The notes below the pieces were generated by a model, which was given only the letters and a program-made list of their open reading frames with translations, was not told where the DNA came from and made no database searches. DNA of 64,000 nt, taken from positions 1 through 64,000 of the forward strand of contig JAMDHS010000090.1 of the NCBI GenBank assembly GCA_029717555.1, written 5' to 3'. Below are positions 1 to 13,100 of the stretch, piece after piece. This DNA is from Peribolospora baueri. Taxonomy: Eukaryota. The position numbers and the translations under genes were made by a program. Position 1 is the stretch's first letter; every line of letters starts with the position of its first letter.

Positions 1-429
1 GTCCACCCCCCCCCCCCCCCCAATCTAATTCTTTGTCGCACAGTTCATGGGCAAGTCTTTGAGCTGAAGCTATGTCGTGTGGCATGCGTGGCAGGCGACC
101 AGCTTCTGTATGTCAGTCCGGATGCTCGGTTTCCGGAGTGGAGGTGTAAGGCTGGCTGTTCGCCTTGCTTCTCCGCTCATGTCATATTATAGCGCTGAAC
201 ACAAGACATTGGACCTATGGCGCTCATCGTTTCGGAGAGAAGAGAGGGACGGACTGGGAGCGGATTGAGATGGGTTTAGGGAAGGTAAAAAGGGGCGAGA
301 GAAGGAAGAAAAGGGCGAAGGACTAGCGCGTAAGAAGAGGCGAGGTGCCTGAGGCGATAGAAGGTCTTCGACGAACCTTGGTGCCTGACATCCAAATGAA
401 ACCAAAATCGGCAAGTACGTTAGGGATCA

Positions 430-780
430 AGTCGGTGACCTTGTTCGGGCTGCAAAGATCCACTACGGGGCGAAGTTTCCCGTGCTGCCAAATCACGAAT
501 ACCGGCCATCTGAAAGGGGAACCTCGAGGCGACTTTCGGCGCGGAGCTGGTCGAAGATTTTGTCGACGATGGCGCGACCACGCGGCGAGAGACGGTAGAG
601 GCGAGGCTTCGGGGTGCGGAAACGACTGTCGTTGAGGTGGACATACGCTCGCCGTCATTGAAGGGGCCTAGGCAGGCCGAGGCGGAAGAGACCGGCGAAT
701 TCGCGGATAAGACCCTCTAGCTAAGAGATTTGGCGAGGCGTGATATCGAGAATACGGGCAAGACGTCCAGCGCTGGCCTC
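430..780 (-). mobile_element. Degenerate Ty3/Gypsy LTR-retrotransposon pol remnant (N-terminal part of reverse transcriptase), pseudogenised
   Basis: Manual minus-strand translation gives LEGLIREFAGLF...YVHLNDSRFRTPKPRLYRLSPRGRAIVDKIFDQLRAESRLE. After a frameshift near 520 it continues SPFRWPVFVIWQHGKLRPVVDLCSPN. This matches the fungal Gypsy RT pattern (YpLsp.d..ivDe.fd.L...gr.E...PF..PVFVvW..gK.RpVVD.r.lN). In-frame stops at 723-721 (TAG) and 657-655 (TGA). No YxDD motif is retained. Confidence 0.8.
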
Positions 781-1375
781 GGGCGAGAGTCAGACGGCGA
801 AAGGAGGAGCGAGCTTCGAACGACGCTGGCGCGGAGGGACCTGGCCGACTGGACGTGGACCTATTGCTCCCCGACGACGAAGTTGGTGTCTGGTCCCTCG
901 TGTTCCTCGACGACGTGGTGGTTGTCTCTCCATTTTCCGAGAACCTAGAGGTTGGGTGCGGAGGTTGCGCGGTCCAATGGCGCTGAGACGGCGGCGGCGG
1001 GCGGCGAGCGGACGAAGGAGGCGCCGCCCGTGGTGGCTGTGTGGATGGAGGAGGCCGGCTGAGTGGAGGCCGGTATGAGGGTGCCGGAGGCGGCCCCGAA
1101 GATGGAGATGGCCGCGATCCCGCTCTCCTTGCTCGCCGCTCCGCCTTTTGGTGGTACGAGTAGCCGAACATGCTCGGTCGACTTGACCTTCCTCCGGCCT
1201 CTCCCGCTGTCGGTGGACTAGCAGAGGAAGCTGCCTCGGCCGCAGTTTTACCATCTAGACTCCTCCCGGTAGTAAAGCTCATGAGCGAGAGGTAAGGTGA
1301 AGGAAGAAGGAGCCCGCACTCCGACGATGGCGTTGATGAAGTCGCTATTCTCGAGTGCTCCTGGAGGCGCGGCAA
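668..1375 (-). pseudogene. Possible gag-region remnant upstream of the RT fragment (Pro/Ser/Arg-rich)
   Basis: Open frame on the same strand directly upstream of the pol remnant. No recognisable motif, so this is positional inference only. Confidence 0.25.
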
Positions 1376-1656
1376 TGTTGTACGACGACATTAATGGCGT
1401 AGTGTCTTGATTGGTGATATGATAGTTATCGTCGCCCGGGGTGGGAAGAGTGTCGGAGGTAAGCTCTGAGGTAAGGTTCTTCGAGCCGACCCAGTTGAGG
1501 GCGAGAGTGGTGGCATAGGGAGTGAGATGCGAGGCGGCCGTCTTACGTCAGCAGGTAGAGGTCAAGGAGGGCCTAAGAGGGGAACATATGCTGCGCAAGA
1601 TGGAAGGAGAGAGGATGATCGGGGTCTTGTCTATCTTCAGTCTCCCCATAAACCGA

Positions 1657-1750
1657 ACGGAACCCGAAGGCGCTCATTCCCAACATAGGGCTGAGCTCCA
1701 ATGGGACCTCGGGATGCAGCGATGCCAAATGGAACCCTTTGCAACCCGTC
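1657..1750. repeat. Dispersed repeat copy 1 (LTR-like candidate)
   Basis: ACGGAACCCGAAGGCGCTCATTCCCAACATAGGGCTGAGCTCCAATGGGACCTC...CCCTTTGCAACCCGT aligns by eye with the copies at ~4265-4400 and ~4447-4582. Confidence 0.75.
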
Positions 1751-2050
1751 GACAGGGCACGAGAAGAGGAGGGAGGGGGAAATGGTTTGCTATATTTCTA
1801 CTTGGGGGATGGGTTTGATAAGAGCGATGATCCCCTCACCCCGACCCATTCCTTCGCAGAGAATCAACAAAAAACCGAAGACCGTCGGAAGACGAGGCGG
1901 TGCATAAGTGGTGCAGGCTGCAGCGCCGAGGGTACACCGTGCGCAAAGATGCACGTGACCCGCCCATTATGGGAGGCCGCCCTGGCGCTCGTTATCAGCG
2001 ACGTTGGACATCGACCGACCGGCTTTCCTTCCTCCTCTCTCCACCTCGCC

Positions 2051-3316
2051 ATGTCTGCTCTCCCACCCCGTTCACATCGCCCGCGGCCCATCCTCTCCGG
2101 CGTGGCACAGACGATCGACGCATCGAAATGCTCCTCCTGCGCCAAGAGCCTCAGCTTCTTCGGCTTCGGCGGCTCGAGGAAGCACTGCACCCATTGCGGT
2201 CTCAGCTTTTGCTCGGACTGCACCTCAAAGGAGGGTATCGTGCAAAGGGGAGACCGGTGGGTACCCATGCCCCTGTGTGTGGAGTGTTGGTCCCTTTTTG
2301 TAAGTGAGTAGATCAGAAGTGTCCAGCTCTACCATCTTTCAGCACGCCGGCCGACCGCCTCGCGCTCACGCTGCGTCTTTCCCATTTGTCGCTTCCGTAC
2401 GTCGGTCGCTCTCCTGCTCAGTCACCTCTACGCCGCCTTCAGAGCTAAGCAACGTGCCCACAGGCTCACAAAGCTCAGCTTCCCCAAATTCCAACGCGAA
2501 CTTTATGACCATTGCCTCGTTGCTCTCCCCCGCCGCACCACCTGTGTCCACGCTGCCGATCTCGAACTTGAAACGGATCCTCTTGCTCGAGAATGTCTCG
2601 GTGGACTATTCTTCGGGAGCGGTGTTGGAGAAAGGCGACCTGGTGAGGAAGGTGGAAGCTCTGGTGGAAGATGAGAGAAGGAGGGTGAGAGAAAAAAAGG
2701 AGAGGGACGAGATTTTTTTTTCTTTTTTTGAGAAGGAGAAGAGAGAGAGGGAAGAGAGGAGAGAGAGGGAGGACAGGGCTAGGGAGTTTAGGGAGAAGGC
2801 GGATCAGGTAGGGATGTCAGGCGGGGACGGGGGCGGGGTGGAAGGAAGTAAGGAAGAAGCGAAGGTGAAGACGGGAGGGGAAGGTGGAGGTGTCCAGGCA
2901 AACAGTAGTCTCTGCGTCTTGTGTTATGACGGTGAGTCTTACTTGATCCAACTGCCCTCTACCGCCGTTGTCCCGAATTCTTACTCGCCGCACTCTCCGC
3001 TCCCTAATTGTGGCCTCGGACAACGCGCGATGCACCCATCAGACGAAGTTAATCACGCCCTCCTTCCATGTGGACACCTCGTGCTGTGCAAGGACTGCTC
3101 CGAAGGTGAGTAAACTTCCTTCATGGACGCTGCTACGCCGGCTGGCCCGTGCATTGTTACACACTCCAGGCGCTTACTCTGTTATCACGGCTCGCCCGTC
3201 ATGCTCTCTTTTACCCGACCGCGTCTCCCACGTTCGAAGCGATAATGACGACGACGCGCGAGTGTCCCATGTGCAGAAAGCGCATCAAGTCTACGTTGAG
3301 GGTCTTCAAGGGTTGA
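2051..3316 (+). CDS. FYVE-like + HeH/SAP-like + C3HC4 RING E3 ubiquitin ligase (RNF34/RFFL-like architecture)
   Basis: Exons ~2051-2304, 2422-2931, 3043-3105, 3240-3316. FYVE-like CSSCAKSLSFFGFGGSRKHCTHCGLSFCSDC...LCVEC; helical motif LPISNLKRILLLENV...EKGDLVRKV; RING CVLCYD.EVNHALLPCGHLVLCKDC...ECPMCRKRIKSTLRVFKG*. Confidence 0.85.
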
Positions 3317-4264
3317 TTGACAACATGACCCAGCGAAGGGAAGGACTTCCCGATTGTCGCATTTCGCACCCCACCGCGATGACACCTTTCATACATATAC
3401 ACACCCACCACACCAAACACGCTTCGTCCATATTCTCCCTGGGCGCTCATTTACACCTTTGTTCTACCACAAAGTAGGCAGCACCCCTGTCTTTCCCCCA
3501 TCCTTCCTCCCTCACCACGTCATCCCCTTCATTCCCTCGATTCAATTCGCCGCCCAGCTCGCATCCAACTTCCGGCATACATGCCCCCGTCCGTCCACGT
3601 CCACCTTTTTCATCCGAACCCGTTCACGTTGCAGCGCGACTTGGCGGTCTGCACAAGACCGGCGCCGCGTCGTCATTGGCAGAAAGGAAAGGTGGATGAG
3701 ACCGGCGTTCGAGCGATGAAGCCCTGTGCGATGTTTTTCCATGGTTTTTGATCAGCCCTTCCACACCACGTGTGCTTAGAGGGTAACTCGGTTGCTGGAG
3801 CTGAACTTGACGGCGGTGAAGCTAGGTTAGCGCTCGCTCTTCCCAGGGAAGGCGAGACGAGGTAGGAGTTGGAGTGGAAGCAGCGCTCAGCAGTCGGCTG
3901 GCTCCTCCTTCTCGGAGGTCATAAGAACCAAGGGAGAGGCCGCCGATGGGGCGCTGGTTTGTAGACAAGAAGAGCTGTGGGGTGGGCCCATCGACGACGA
4001 ACGTGGGTGGATGTGCTCGTGACGAAAAAGGGGTGAGCGAGGTAGAGTCGGGTAGAGTCGTCGCTGACGGGAAGGAACGTTCCAGAGCGAGCGACGTCGA
4101 CCAGAATGAAGTTTCTTCTTCCGGCGTAAACGAACACAGCTAGGCCAGCGAAATGGAAATGTTCGTTCGAACCGATTGAATTCCACTGGCGTTCCATCCC
4201 ATTCTCCACCATATACTCGGTCTTGTCGACGACACTCCTTCCACCCACTCCGCCTATCATCCCT

Positions 4265-4582
4265 CGTGTCCTAATTCCAGACGGAATCCGAAAGAGCCCA
4301 TTCCCTACAAGAGGGCTGAGCCCCAATGAGACCTCCAGGGCGCAGGGGCGCCAATTGATACCCGTTGCGACCCGTTGGGGGAAACACTTAGGTCGGATCA
4401 TCGCAGGGTGAGGGAGGGCTTGTCTCTATCTGTAGGGGTGGTCGTCACGTGCCCTCATTCCAGACGGAACCCAAGGGCGCCCATTTCTCACAAGGGGGCT
4501 GAGCTCCAATGAACCTCCAGGGCGCAGGAACACCAATTGGTACCCGTTGCGATCCGTTGGGGGAAACACGAGGTCAGACCAT
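4265..4582. repeat. Two diverged tandem copies (~135 bp, period 183 bp) of the same repeat as 1657-1750
   Basis: TTCCAGACGGAATCCG...GGGCTGAGCCCCAATGAGACCTCCAGGGCGCAGG...CCCGTTGCGACCCGTTGGGGGAAACAC at 4275 versus TTCCAGACGGAACCCA...GGGCTGAGCTCCAATGAACCTCCAGGGCGCAGG...CCCGTTGCGATCCGTTGGGGGAAACAC at 4458. Confidence 0.9.
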
Positions 4583-5945
4583 GGTCGCTTCGCCGTCCCT
4601 TTGTTTGCACCTTGTTGTTCGGCCCGCCCGCAAGTGCCGCCGTTGCCGCTGAACCCAAGACTGGTTATGCGACCAAAGTCGTGGGCCGGAGGAAGGTGTG
4701 ATAGTCCAAGATGTGCCGTAGGGTGGGGACAACCTTTGTGAAGTTGATTAGGGCAATGTGTGGCAATGTGTTGTTGGTAAGAAGGTCCCAGACATGGTGA
4801 GGATTTGGGTACGCATGCGGAAGCGACATCGGGAGCGACGGCTGCAAAGTAGTGGTGCGGGAGCGCGGCCCAGGTGTAGAACAGGCGGAAGCGGTAGTGG
4901 CCCAGGTCAGGTTTTGTGTGAGAACGGGCGACCTGAGTGAAGCGGTAGTGAGTGAAGCGGTAGTGGTGCGTGACGGCGGCGAGGGCGGCCTGGATCGAGT
5001 CCTGTGTGAGAACATCAACCACATTCTGGAATAGTATAGACCGTAAGACATGTTAAGCCTTCCTTCCTTTCTCAAGAGAGAAAGCCTGACTCCCCATTTA
5101 CTTTATTCGGGAGCGGCGCGACGGAGCTTTGCCTTCCAATTGGTCTTGACCGTCCATAAGTCTTAAGATACCGAAGACTCAGGCGTTGGGGTGGGAGCAG
5201 GCGCAGGTTCTGATGGAGTGGGTGACATGGTATGTGAGGATTATGGCAAAGCAGGAAGAGAGAAGAGAAAGCCCGCCAGTGATGGTTATGGAAAGAAGGA
5301 TGAGGAGAAGGTTTGTGGAGTGGATTGGAGTGAGGATGGAGGGAGAGCGGACGGGTAACGGGGCCCTCTTTGTACCTTTTTCCTTGGGACTGGACCGCTC
5401 TTCGTCTATGACAAGAACGTTTGTTGAGTGTGAATGAGACAGTGTCCGTTGCCGAGTGCGAATGAGACGATGTCCCATCTCGGGGCGAAGACTGAGAGGT
5501 CTCGGTCCGGGTGAACACTGCAAAGACAAGACGATACAACGTCTCGCTTGACGCGACCTCCCGCATCTTCTCACACGCCCTCCAAGCGCGGAATCGAACC
5601 CCCGTTCCGCAACAGGAAACCTCTGCTAAAAAGGGTGCAGGACACGTTAGGACGCAAGGAAATGCGGTCGATGAAACGACGTAGCCATTCATGGTGACGC
5701 ATTCGTATATGAGGGCCAGTACGCTGCAGCGTTGACCCCGCCAAGGAGTGGTCCAACATGAAGGAACGGCGAGGCCGTCCAGGCCAGCTGAAGCCCGTCG
5801 TCCCTGCGAGGAGGTTCAGAGAAAGAAACTGCGGTTCATCCTTCCACAGACGAAAGGGAAGCTTGCGCGCACCGTCAACCGAAACAAGACGCTGTGGAAT
5901 GAGTTCATTGCGCGGCCGACTTGAATGCAAGTGAAGATGCCCGAA

Positions 5946-8900
5946 TCAAGATGCGCTCTTGCCCAAACCCGTTCCCGTTTCACCTAGCCCCTCGGCCCTT
6001 CCTTCTGGAGTCTGCCTCCCTTTCTCCTCTACTTCAATCCCCTCCCTACGCTCCTCAATCTCCCTATCCTCCTTCTCCAGGGCCGTGGCCACCTTGCTCC
6101 TGGCACGAATGCGCCCTCCAAAGAACAGGAGGATAAAAGGCACGATGCCCAGGGCGAACCCAACAGAGGCCAAGATGGTAGACGCAATTGGGTAGCCAAG
6201 CCTCTCGTACTTCCGGTGAGGTGGATGACAGGTGGTAGAGGAAAAAGGAAGGGTTGGAGTCCGGAAAAGGAAATTGAGGATGCGCAATCCCTGATTCTGA
6301 AGGCGTGGGGCTAGAGAGAAACGCTTCCTCGCTCACCATTTGGAGAGTGAACAGAGGGAAGCAACCTGCAAAGACATTCCTGTAAGGGCAACACAAAGGT
6401 GGAGAGAAAGCCTTAGTATGAAGATCATCTCACAATCCAATCGAAAGACGTACCGGAGGAAAGATTGAGCTGCCAAGGCCGACGAAGAATATCGCTCGTA
6501 CGCTTCAGAATCATAAAGAGAGTTGGAAGATGATATGAGCGAGGTTTGTTAGGTACCACGTTTGCGGCTCAATTCGCACGAAAACCGGCGCGGAGGGGAG
6601 ATCACTGGTTGAATTTGATTGACCACTCACCATCGGCCATATATGAGAAGACGGCGCAATACAGGGCGTATTCACCGATGCTGACGACGACGATTCCCAG
6701 CGCAGGGAGGATCCAGTGAATCCCTGGTCGGCCCGCCCATGCATACCTGAATTGGACGGTCGGAATGGCGCCAAGGAGGCACGAGCACGTAGATTGCGGT
6801 CGATGAGCGCCTAAAGATCGCGGGGAAAGAGAGCGCAAGGCTCGATTCGGCATAGGACGAAAAGCACCCACCACATCATCCCGGTAGGGAACAAGATACT
6901 GCCAATACAAGCCCAGTAAAGTCTCGCTTCAGGTGGCGCCCGTCCTCCGCTTTTCTTCGCCTCCCTCTCATAGAGATAATCCTGATGCAGGTTGTTGAGG
7001 AAGCCGATGACGGCTCCGATGAGGATGGTAACGAGGACGAGACCTTGTTCGCCTTGATTGAAGCCGTACTGGGCGAAGACGAGGGGGACAGACTCGAGGA
7101 GGATGAATATGCAGCCGTACTGAGTGTGAGAAGAGGAGAACGATCGAGAATGGGAAACTCTCAGTAAACGAGCTCTGGGTCTTTCTGTTGTGGCGAAACG
7201 ATGTTGCGCCGGAAAAGGGTTCATCGTGGACGAAAAGGATCAGAACTTACTGCGAAAGCGATCCACAAACTGAACGCTGTCACGACAGGCTCGGTGAGCA
7301 GGTAGAGGAATGGCCTGGTTAAGCTGACGGTTAAGAGAGCAGAGAAGTTGGCACGCTCGTCGTCTGCCTGGCTGAGGTGCAGTCTCCCCGTCTCCTCTGT
7401 CAATTTACGCGCTCTACGGGAGAGGATGACCGATCCGCGGGTTTCTTTGAGGAAGAAGACGAGGAGAAGGCCGCACAGCGCGCTAATAATCATCTGATAA
7501 TTGAGTCAGTGGACGGGGAGAGGGGGACAATAGGACAAGTGAGCAGGGCCCTCTGTATCATCCAGTGGCAAACGAAGACTTGTTACTAGCAGAGAAGGAG
7601 CACGCAAGAAGGGGACTCACCTGCACCCAGAAAATCCATCTCCATCCGAGCTTTGGGTCCTGGGCGATGAATCCAAAGCACATCGGTGCTAAGGCCTGGC
7701 CGAAAACTGCACCGAAAAAGACATATTAACGTGTAAGCGCCTCGAACGCTTTGCATGTCCGTTCGTTGTCGACGCTGGTGTTCGGGCGTCTCCAAGAAAG
7801 ACAAAGTGGACCACACGCACACATGAACAATGAGTAAATGCCCATCGGCGTCCCCCTTTCTCTGGCCCTGAACATGTCCGACACCGTGCCGCCGACCATG
7901 GAGTTTCCGGCGCTGGTGGCGCAGCCGTGCAAGCCGCGAATAACAAGCATGGTGGTAATATTTGGCGCTAGGGCCTGTGGAATGAAACAGATGAGAAAGC
8001 TGCGGAAGGCGTGGTAGAGAAAATAGGAGGGAAAAAGTGACAAAGAGGAGAATGTGTTAAGATTTGAAGTTCGTAGGGAGATTAAACCGGCGTGTTCGTG
8101 TAAGGGTTTCAAATTGCACTCACACAAGCATAGAACCGTGAAACTGGAAGAAGGATACGAAAGTCGTTCGTCAATACTTATCCTCAAGACGTACTTCTCG
8201 GATGGACTATTTACGATAGGCGCGCGACCGAACACTTCTGAGAGCGGGGCGAGTGCCATGGGGGCGACGGCGGTCATTACGAGCAACTGAGCCAATCCAG
8301 GAAGGGGAGGCAAAAATTGCGTGGGCAAGGTGGAGATGAGCGCGCAAGGCTTACTAGAAGATGGAAGCCACAATCCGCTCACCGTTGTCGTTCCCAGTAG
8401 GAAGACCTCCCTACTCGTATGTAAGTCCACCGTAGCACCTTCCAGAGCACTGGCGTATCTGTGAGATCGGTTGCGCCACCGCAAATCAGCGAGACCCGAC
8501 ACTACTCGAACGTCCCACGGCCTTGCCCTCGATACAGGAGCGCGTCTCGCCTTTGGGACAAGCCCGAGCGGAGCGATTCACACTCGACGCATGAAGACTT
8601 ACCCCGTAGCATTGGCGGCGGTTATGAAGGTGAAAAAAATGACTGTGAGCGCTATGCGCCATTTCTTGCCAGCTATGAATGAGGCAGGCGTTCAATGGCG
8701 AGGTGGGTCCAAGCGAGTGGTCAGCGAATCGAGCTGATCGACGGATTGGAATGCCCACTGGATGGCTTCTGCTTTGCAGGTTGCGTTTTCTTGAACCCTC
8801 TCTCCAATTATGCGGCCATGCCAACGCATTCCTGCCCTCGGTCCTCGCACTCACCCTTCCAGTTCATAGGATCCTCCGGATCGTCCGGCGCCCACGTGAT

Positions 8901-9248
8901 GTAGATCGCGTTTGGTTTGCTCGACACGGCCGCGAGAGGGGATATGAGCGACGACGGCGGGGGGATCACAATATGGGCATCCTCCCCAGTCTGGTGTGGG
9001 GCTTCTGAGTCTTCCCCGCGTGCAGCTGGCGGTGTGGACAAAGAAGGAGCTAGGAGCGTGGAAGGCGTTTGAGGGGATGATGAAGAAGCACAAACGTGTT
9101 GACCGATGTCGTCCACTTCGGCATCTGGAGGGGAGGTGGAGGCGTAGAAGCGCAAGCCAAAGTCTTGTTCAGACGGACGAGCATGACAACGGTAGTCCGG
9201 TGGGTGGTCGCGAGATGCGTCGTGGCCAGCGGTGTCAGAGTGAGCCAT
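5946..9248 (-). CDS. MFS drug:H+ antiporter, DHA1 (12-TMS) family, multi-exon
   Basis: Motifs ITWAPDDPEDPMNW, APLSEVFGRAPI, GNSMVGGTVSDMFRARERG, ETRGSVILSRRARKL, SLTRPFLYLLTEPVV, PPEARL, LGYPIASTILASVGF...GGRIRARSK, joined by GT-AG introns. Confidence 0.9.
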
Positions 9249-10116
9249 GCTTCTTGACTAGACAGGTAAGTGGGGATGGGGACTGGTTGTGCTAATGAAT
9301 CAAAAGCCGCGACCGATGATTTCTCCCTGGCGATTCAGAGAGCGAGATGGACCACAACCCGACCTGCTGTCGGCAGACGTCCGACCTGGCCGATGGGTAT
9401 CAAGAGAGAGGATGTGAGGCGAGAAAAAAAGAGGTCAACAAGAAGGGACAAGACGTGGCGAGGACGACGAGGTTTGAGGCTTGCGGTCAAGGAGATGAGC
9501 AGGTGAGTCAGAGTCAGATGAATTTTGCGACGCCACAGGCGCCCAGTCATCTCCACCATCTGATCCGAACGACCGCTTTCTTGAAGCACGACCAGGAAAC
9601 GCTTTCTTTCGTGCAATGATTGGCCCGGCCGAGGTTCTTGACACGGTGACTCCCGCCGGCGGTAGTAAGTCGGATCCCTCGGCTGGTCTCAGCCCCGAGG
9701 GAGGATAGGGTTATGCACGTGACTCCTGGATGCCGACGCGTCCCGCGCGCCGCGCTGCGAAGGTTTGGGCGTGGCGACACTGGCCGGGCGGATGGAGATT
9801 ATTCGTCGAAGGTCAACATCTCATCTTCACATCGCAACCCCCTCGTCTGTGCAACGGCCTCGTCTCTGCAACGAATGCTCGTCTCTGCAACGAGTGGATA
9901 GGAGACAGGCGACAAACGGCTTTGTGGCTCTCCTCCTCCCTTCTCCTCCCTACACCGGGGGGCGTCCTCTCTCGGTTATCAACAAACTCAACGAACCGCT
10001 GTGATTTCGTCCCCGTCACGTATCCAACGATCGTCCTCGAAGAGACGCGCAAGTTAAGAGACCTCCATCGGTCGGACATCTTCCCCTCCCCTTTTCGACC
10101 GTCCCCCCATCAAGCC

Positions 10117-13100
10117 ATGGACGCGGAAGAGCTCTCTCGGCTCCTCGACCGCTCCGTCTCGGAGCTGCGCACGCACTACTCCCGGCTGGGCCACGATCCC
10201 AAGGAATACCTCGCCGTGGAGCGCTTGCGCAAGGCGATTGAAGGAGCCGCAGAGATGGAGGTGGACAAGGTCAAGAAGGAGGTGGAGGAGCTCGAGCGGA
10301 GGTGCAAGAGGTTGGAGGGCGAGTGCGACAGGTTTAGGAAGGCGATGGGAGAGGAGGTGGGGGAAACAGGGAGGGGATGGGAGGGCGAGGTGAGCTTTTC
10401 TCTTGTCGCCTATTCTCTGCGCTCACTGTTGCGCGCCGTTGCAACGTTCCACCGGATTTCTTACGCTGTCCCTCTCCACGCTTCTTCTGCAGTCTCTCCT
10501 CCGCACCCAGTCCCAGCTCACCTCGACGCGCAACTCACTGCGCGAAAAGTACGACGGCCGACTCTCCCAGGTGGCCAAGCATCTCTCCCGTCTCGACGAA
10601 CTGCGAGACGTGTTGGAGGATGGGTATGTTCAGACGCCCAGACGCAGTCGCTTTGAGCCAGCCAAAAATGAGGTCGGCGAGCAGGGCGGTGCCAAGGGCG
10701 AGGTCTTGAGGGACGCGAGCCTCGAATACATCTCCAGGCTGGAAGTCGAGGTGGTCAGGTGTGAGAAAGCTCTGGTGAGTATCCTCTAGTCTCTCTATGC
10801 GTGGCGCGTTTTGGGCAGTCTTCTATTCTCTTCTTTCGATGATGACTGAACCCGGGTCCGACCGCCCTTCAACACAACAGCAAGAGCGCAGAGAGCTCCT
10901 CCACGCCGAGCTATCCGAGATTTACAGTCTGTGGGAGGAGCTCGAAATCCTTCCTGCTCCTGACACTTCCGACTTCGACCGCGCCATCCTGCAGCACTTT
11001 GGCATCACCGTTAAACGTTCCGATATCAACTCGCGCAGCTTGGCCGCTTACCTCGACGCCAAGGGATCTGCTACCATCGCCAGCCAGAGCAACGGCGGTG
11101 GCCCTCACTCTCCCAACGGAAATACTTACATTGGGTCTTGCGCCAGCCCTTCGCCAGCCTACATGTTCTCCCCTTCCAGGGAACCTCTGTCCACCGATAT
11201 GACGCCGACGACGGAAAATCTCCGCCGAGCGGCCAAGAAGCGCGAGTGGCTCGAAGCGGAGAAGGCGCGGAGGGAGGCCGAGATTCAAAGCGTGTTCGAC
11301 GAGTTGTGGGAGTTGTGGGAGCTCATGGAGGTGCCGGAGGAGGTTTCGGAGGAGTTTGTGCAAGAACATAGAGGATCTTCCGAGAGCGTCCTGATCGCTG
11401 TGAGTTGGATTCGCTCCCATCTAAAGGCGGCACGGTGGGGATTTCCGGGCGCACATGAAGCGGACGCGCTGACGAGCTGATTTCATTATCGACTTCTCCA
11501 GTACCAAGAAGAGCTTGCGAAGATGAAGCTTGCGAAGGCCCGTCAGATGGGCGTCTTTGTCAACGCGTCGCGACAAAAGATCAACGCTCTGTGGGACAAG
11601 CTACATACTTCGCTCGAGGAGCGACGCGCATTTGCGCCCTTCTGGATTGAGGAAGACGAGGAGTTCGACGACAAGTGCCTGGACGCGCACAAGGCGGAGG
11701 AGGCCCGCTTGGAGGAGGAGTTCGCGACGAAGCGCGACGTGCTCACCTTGCTGGAGCGCTTCGAGGCCGTCGTCGCTGAGGAGAGGCAGCTTTTTGAGAG
11801 TGCACAGGACCAGAGCAGGCTGTTAGGGAGGGGGACTAGGGGAGATCCGGGGAGGTTGTTGAGGGAGGAGAAGATGAGGAAGAGAATTCAGAGGGAGAAA
11901 CCCAAGGTATGTGAAGAGCTTCCCGATTCACACCATCGTGCAGAGCTCATCTCCATTGGTTTAACGCCCGTCTACTGCAGCTCGAGGCAGACTTGACAAA
12001 GCTCATTCCGGCATGGGAGGAACAACATGGCCGAGAGTTTTATTATGATGGCGTTCGGCTTCGGGACAGTCTTCAGGAGTCGATGCGCACCAGTGCCAGG
12101 GAGAACAAGAAGGTGAGCCGACAGCGGACTCAGGAAAGGGATGTCAATTATCCCGAGCTTACTCTGGGTACAACGTTCACTTCCAGCGCGCCCGCTCCAC
12201 TACTGTGACAAGCTCGGCAAGCACGACAAGCATGGCGAGCACCGCCCGCCGGACAAGAGGCTCCAAAGGGCCCTCGGTGCTGAGCGAGTCGACCTCACAC
12301 AACATCTTGCCCTCCGGTGGTCGAAACTCATATGTCACGCCAGCGCCTGCTACGAAGCGCGCTCGTCTGGCGAGCAGCACGAGCAGCACCAGCTCTATCT
12401 CTGCTCGATCACAAAAGTCCGACACCAACGCGCCGCCTTCGCGAACCTCTTCCCGTTCCCGCGAGAATAAGGTGGGGAGCGGCGGTAGTGGTAATAGCGG
12501 GAATGGAAGGATGACCAAGTCGTCCTCTTCCTCGACAACGGGCCCGGGAAGGAAAAGAAGAGTAGTCGGCGCGGCAGGGACGGGTGCAGACGGCACCCCT
12601 ACGGCGCCGCCGCCCATCGCACCACTCGCCCTTGCCCACCGTACCCCGTCCAACGTACCAAAGGGAAAACCCGTCGCCGCGCCTTCTCCGTTTACGTTCA
12701 AAGTCCCTTCCGCCACGAAAATGGGCACATACGAGAATGGCCGCCCTTCTTCGTCATCCAAGCCTCCGCCGACTGCGACATTGCCTCCATCCTCCGCCCT
12801 CCCCCGCCCGGTCAATCTTCCCTCCCCCGTTGCTGGTGCTGCCGCCGCTACCAAGGGGAGTGCGCTGAATTTTTCGGGTCTTCCCGCTAAGGACCGGCCC
12901 AAGTTCCGACCGCGACCGAGCGTCGTGATCAGGGAGGAGGAGGAGGAGGAGAAGGAAAAGGAGGGAGAAGGGACGCGGGCGGAAGGAGAAGAGGAGAAGC
13001 AGCCACAACCTGAGGGGTCTGGTTCCACGACGACGGCGAGGAGGTCGAGCAGGTTGAACGGCACGAGCGCCAATAACACAGGTGCTGGAGCGAGCGGTCG

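Noticed and set aside
4265..4582. CRISPR-like interpretation of the repeats
   Set aside because: Eukaryotic context, only two long diverged units, no spacer periodicity and no cas genes.
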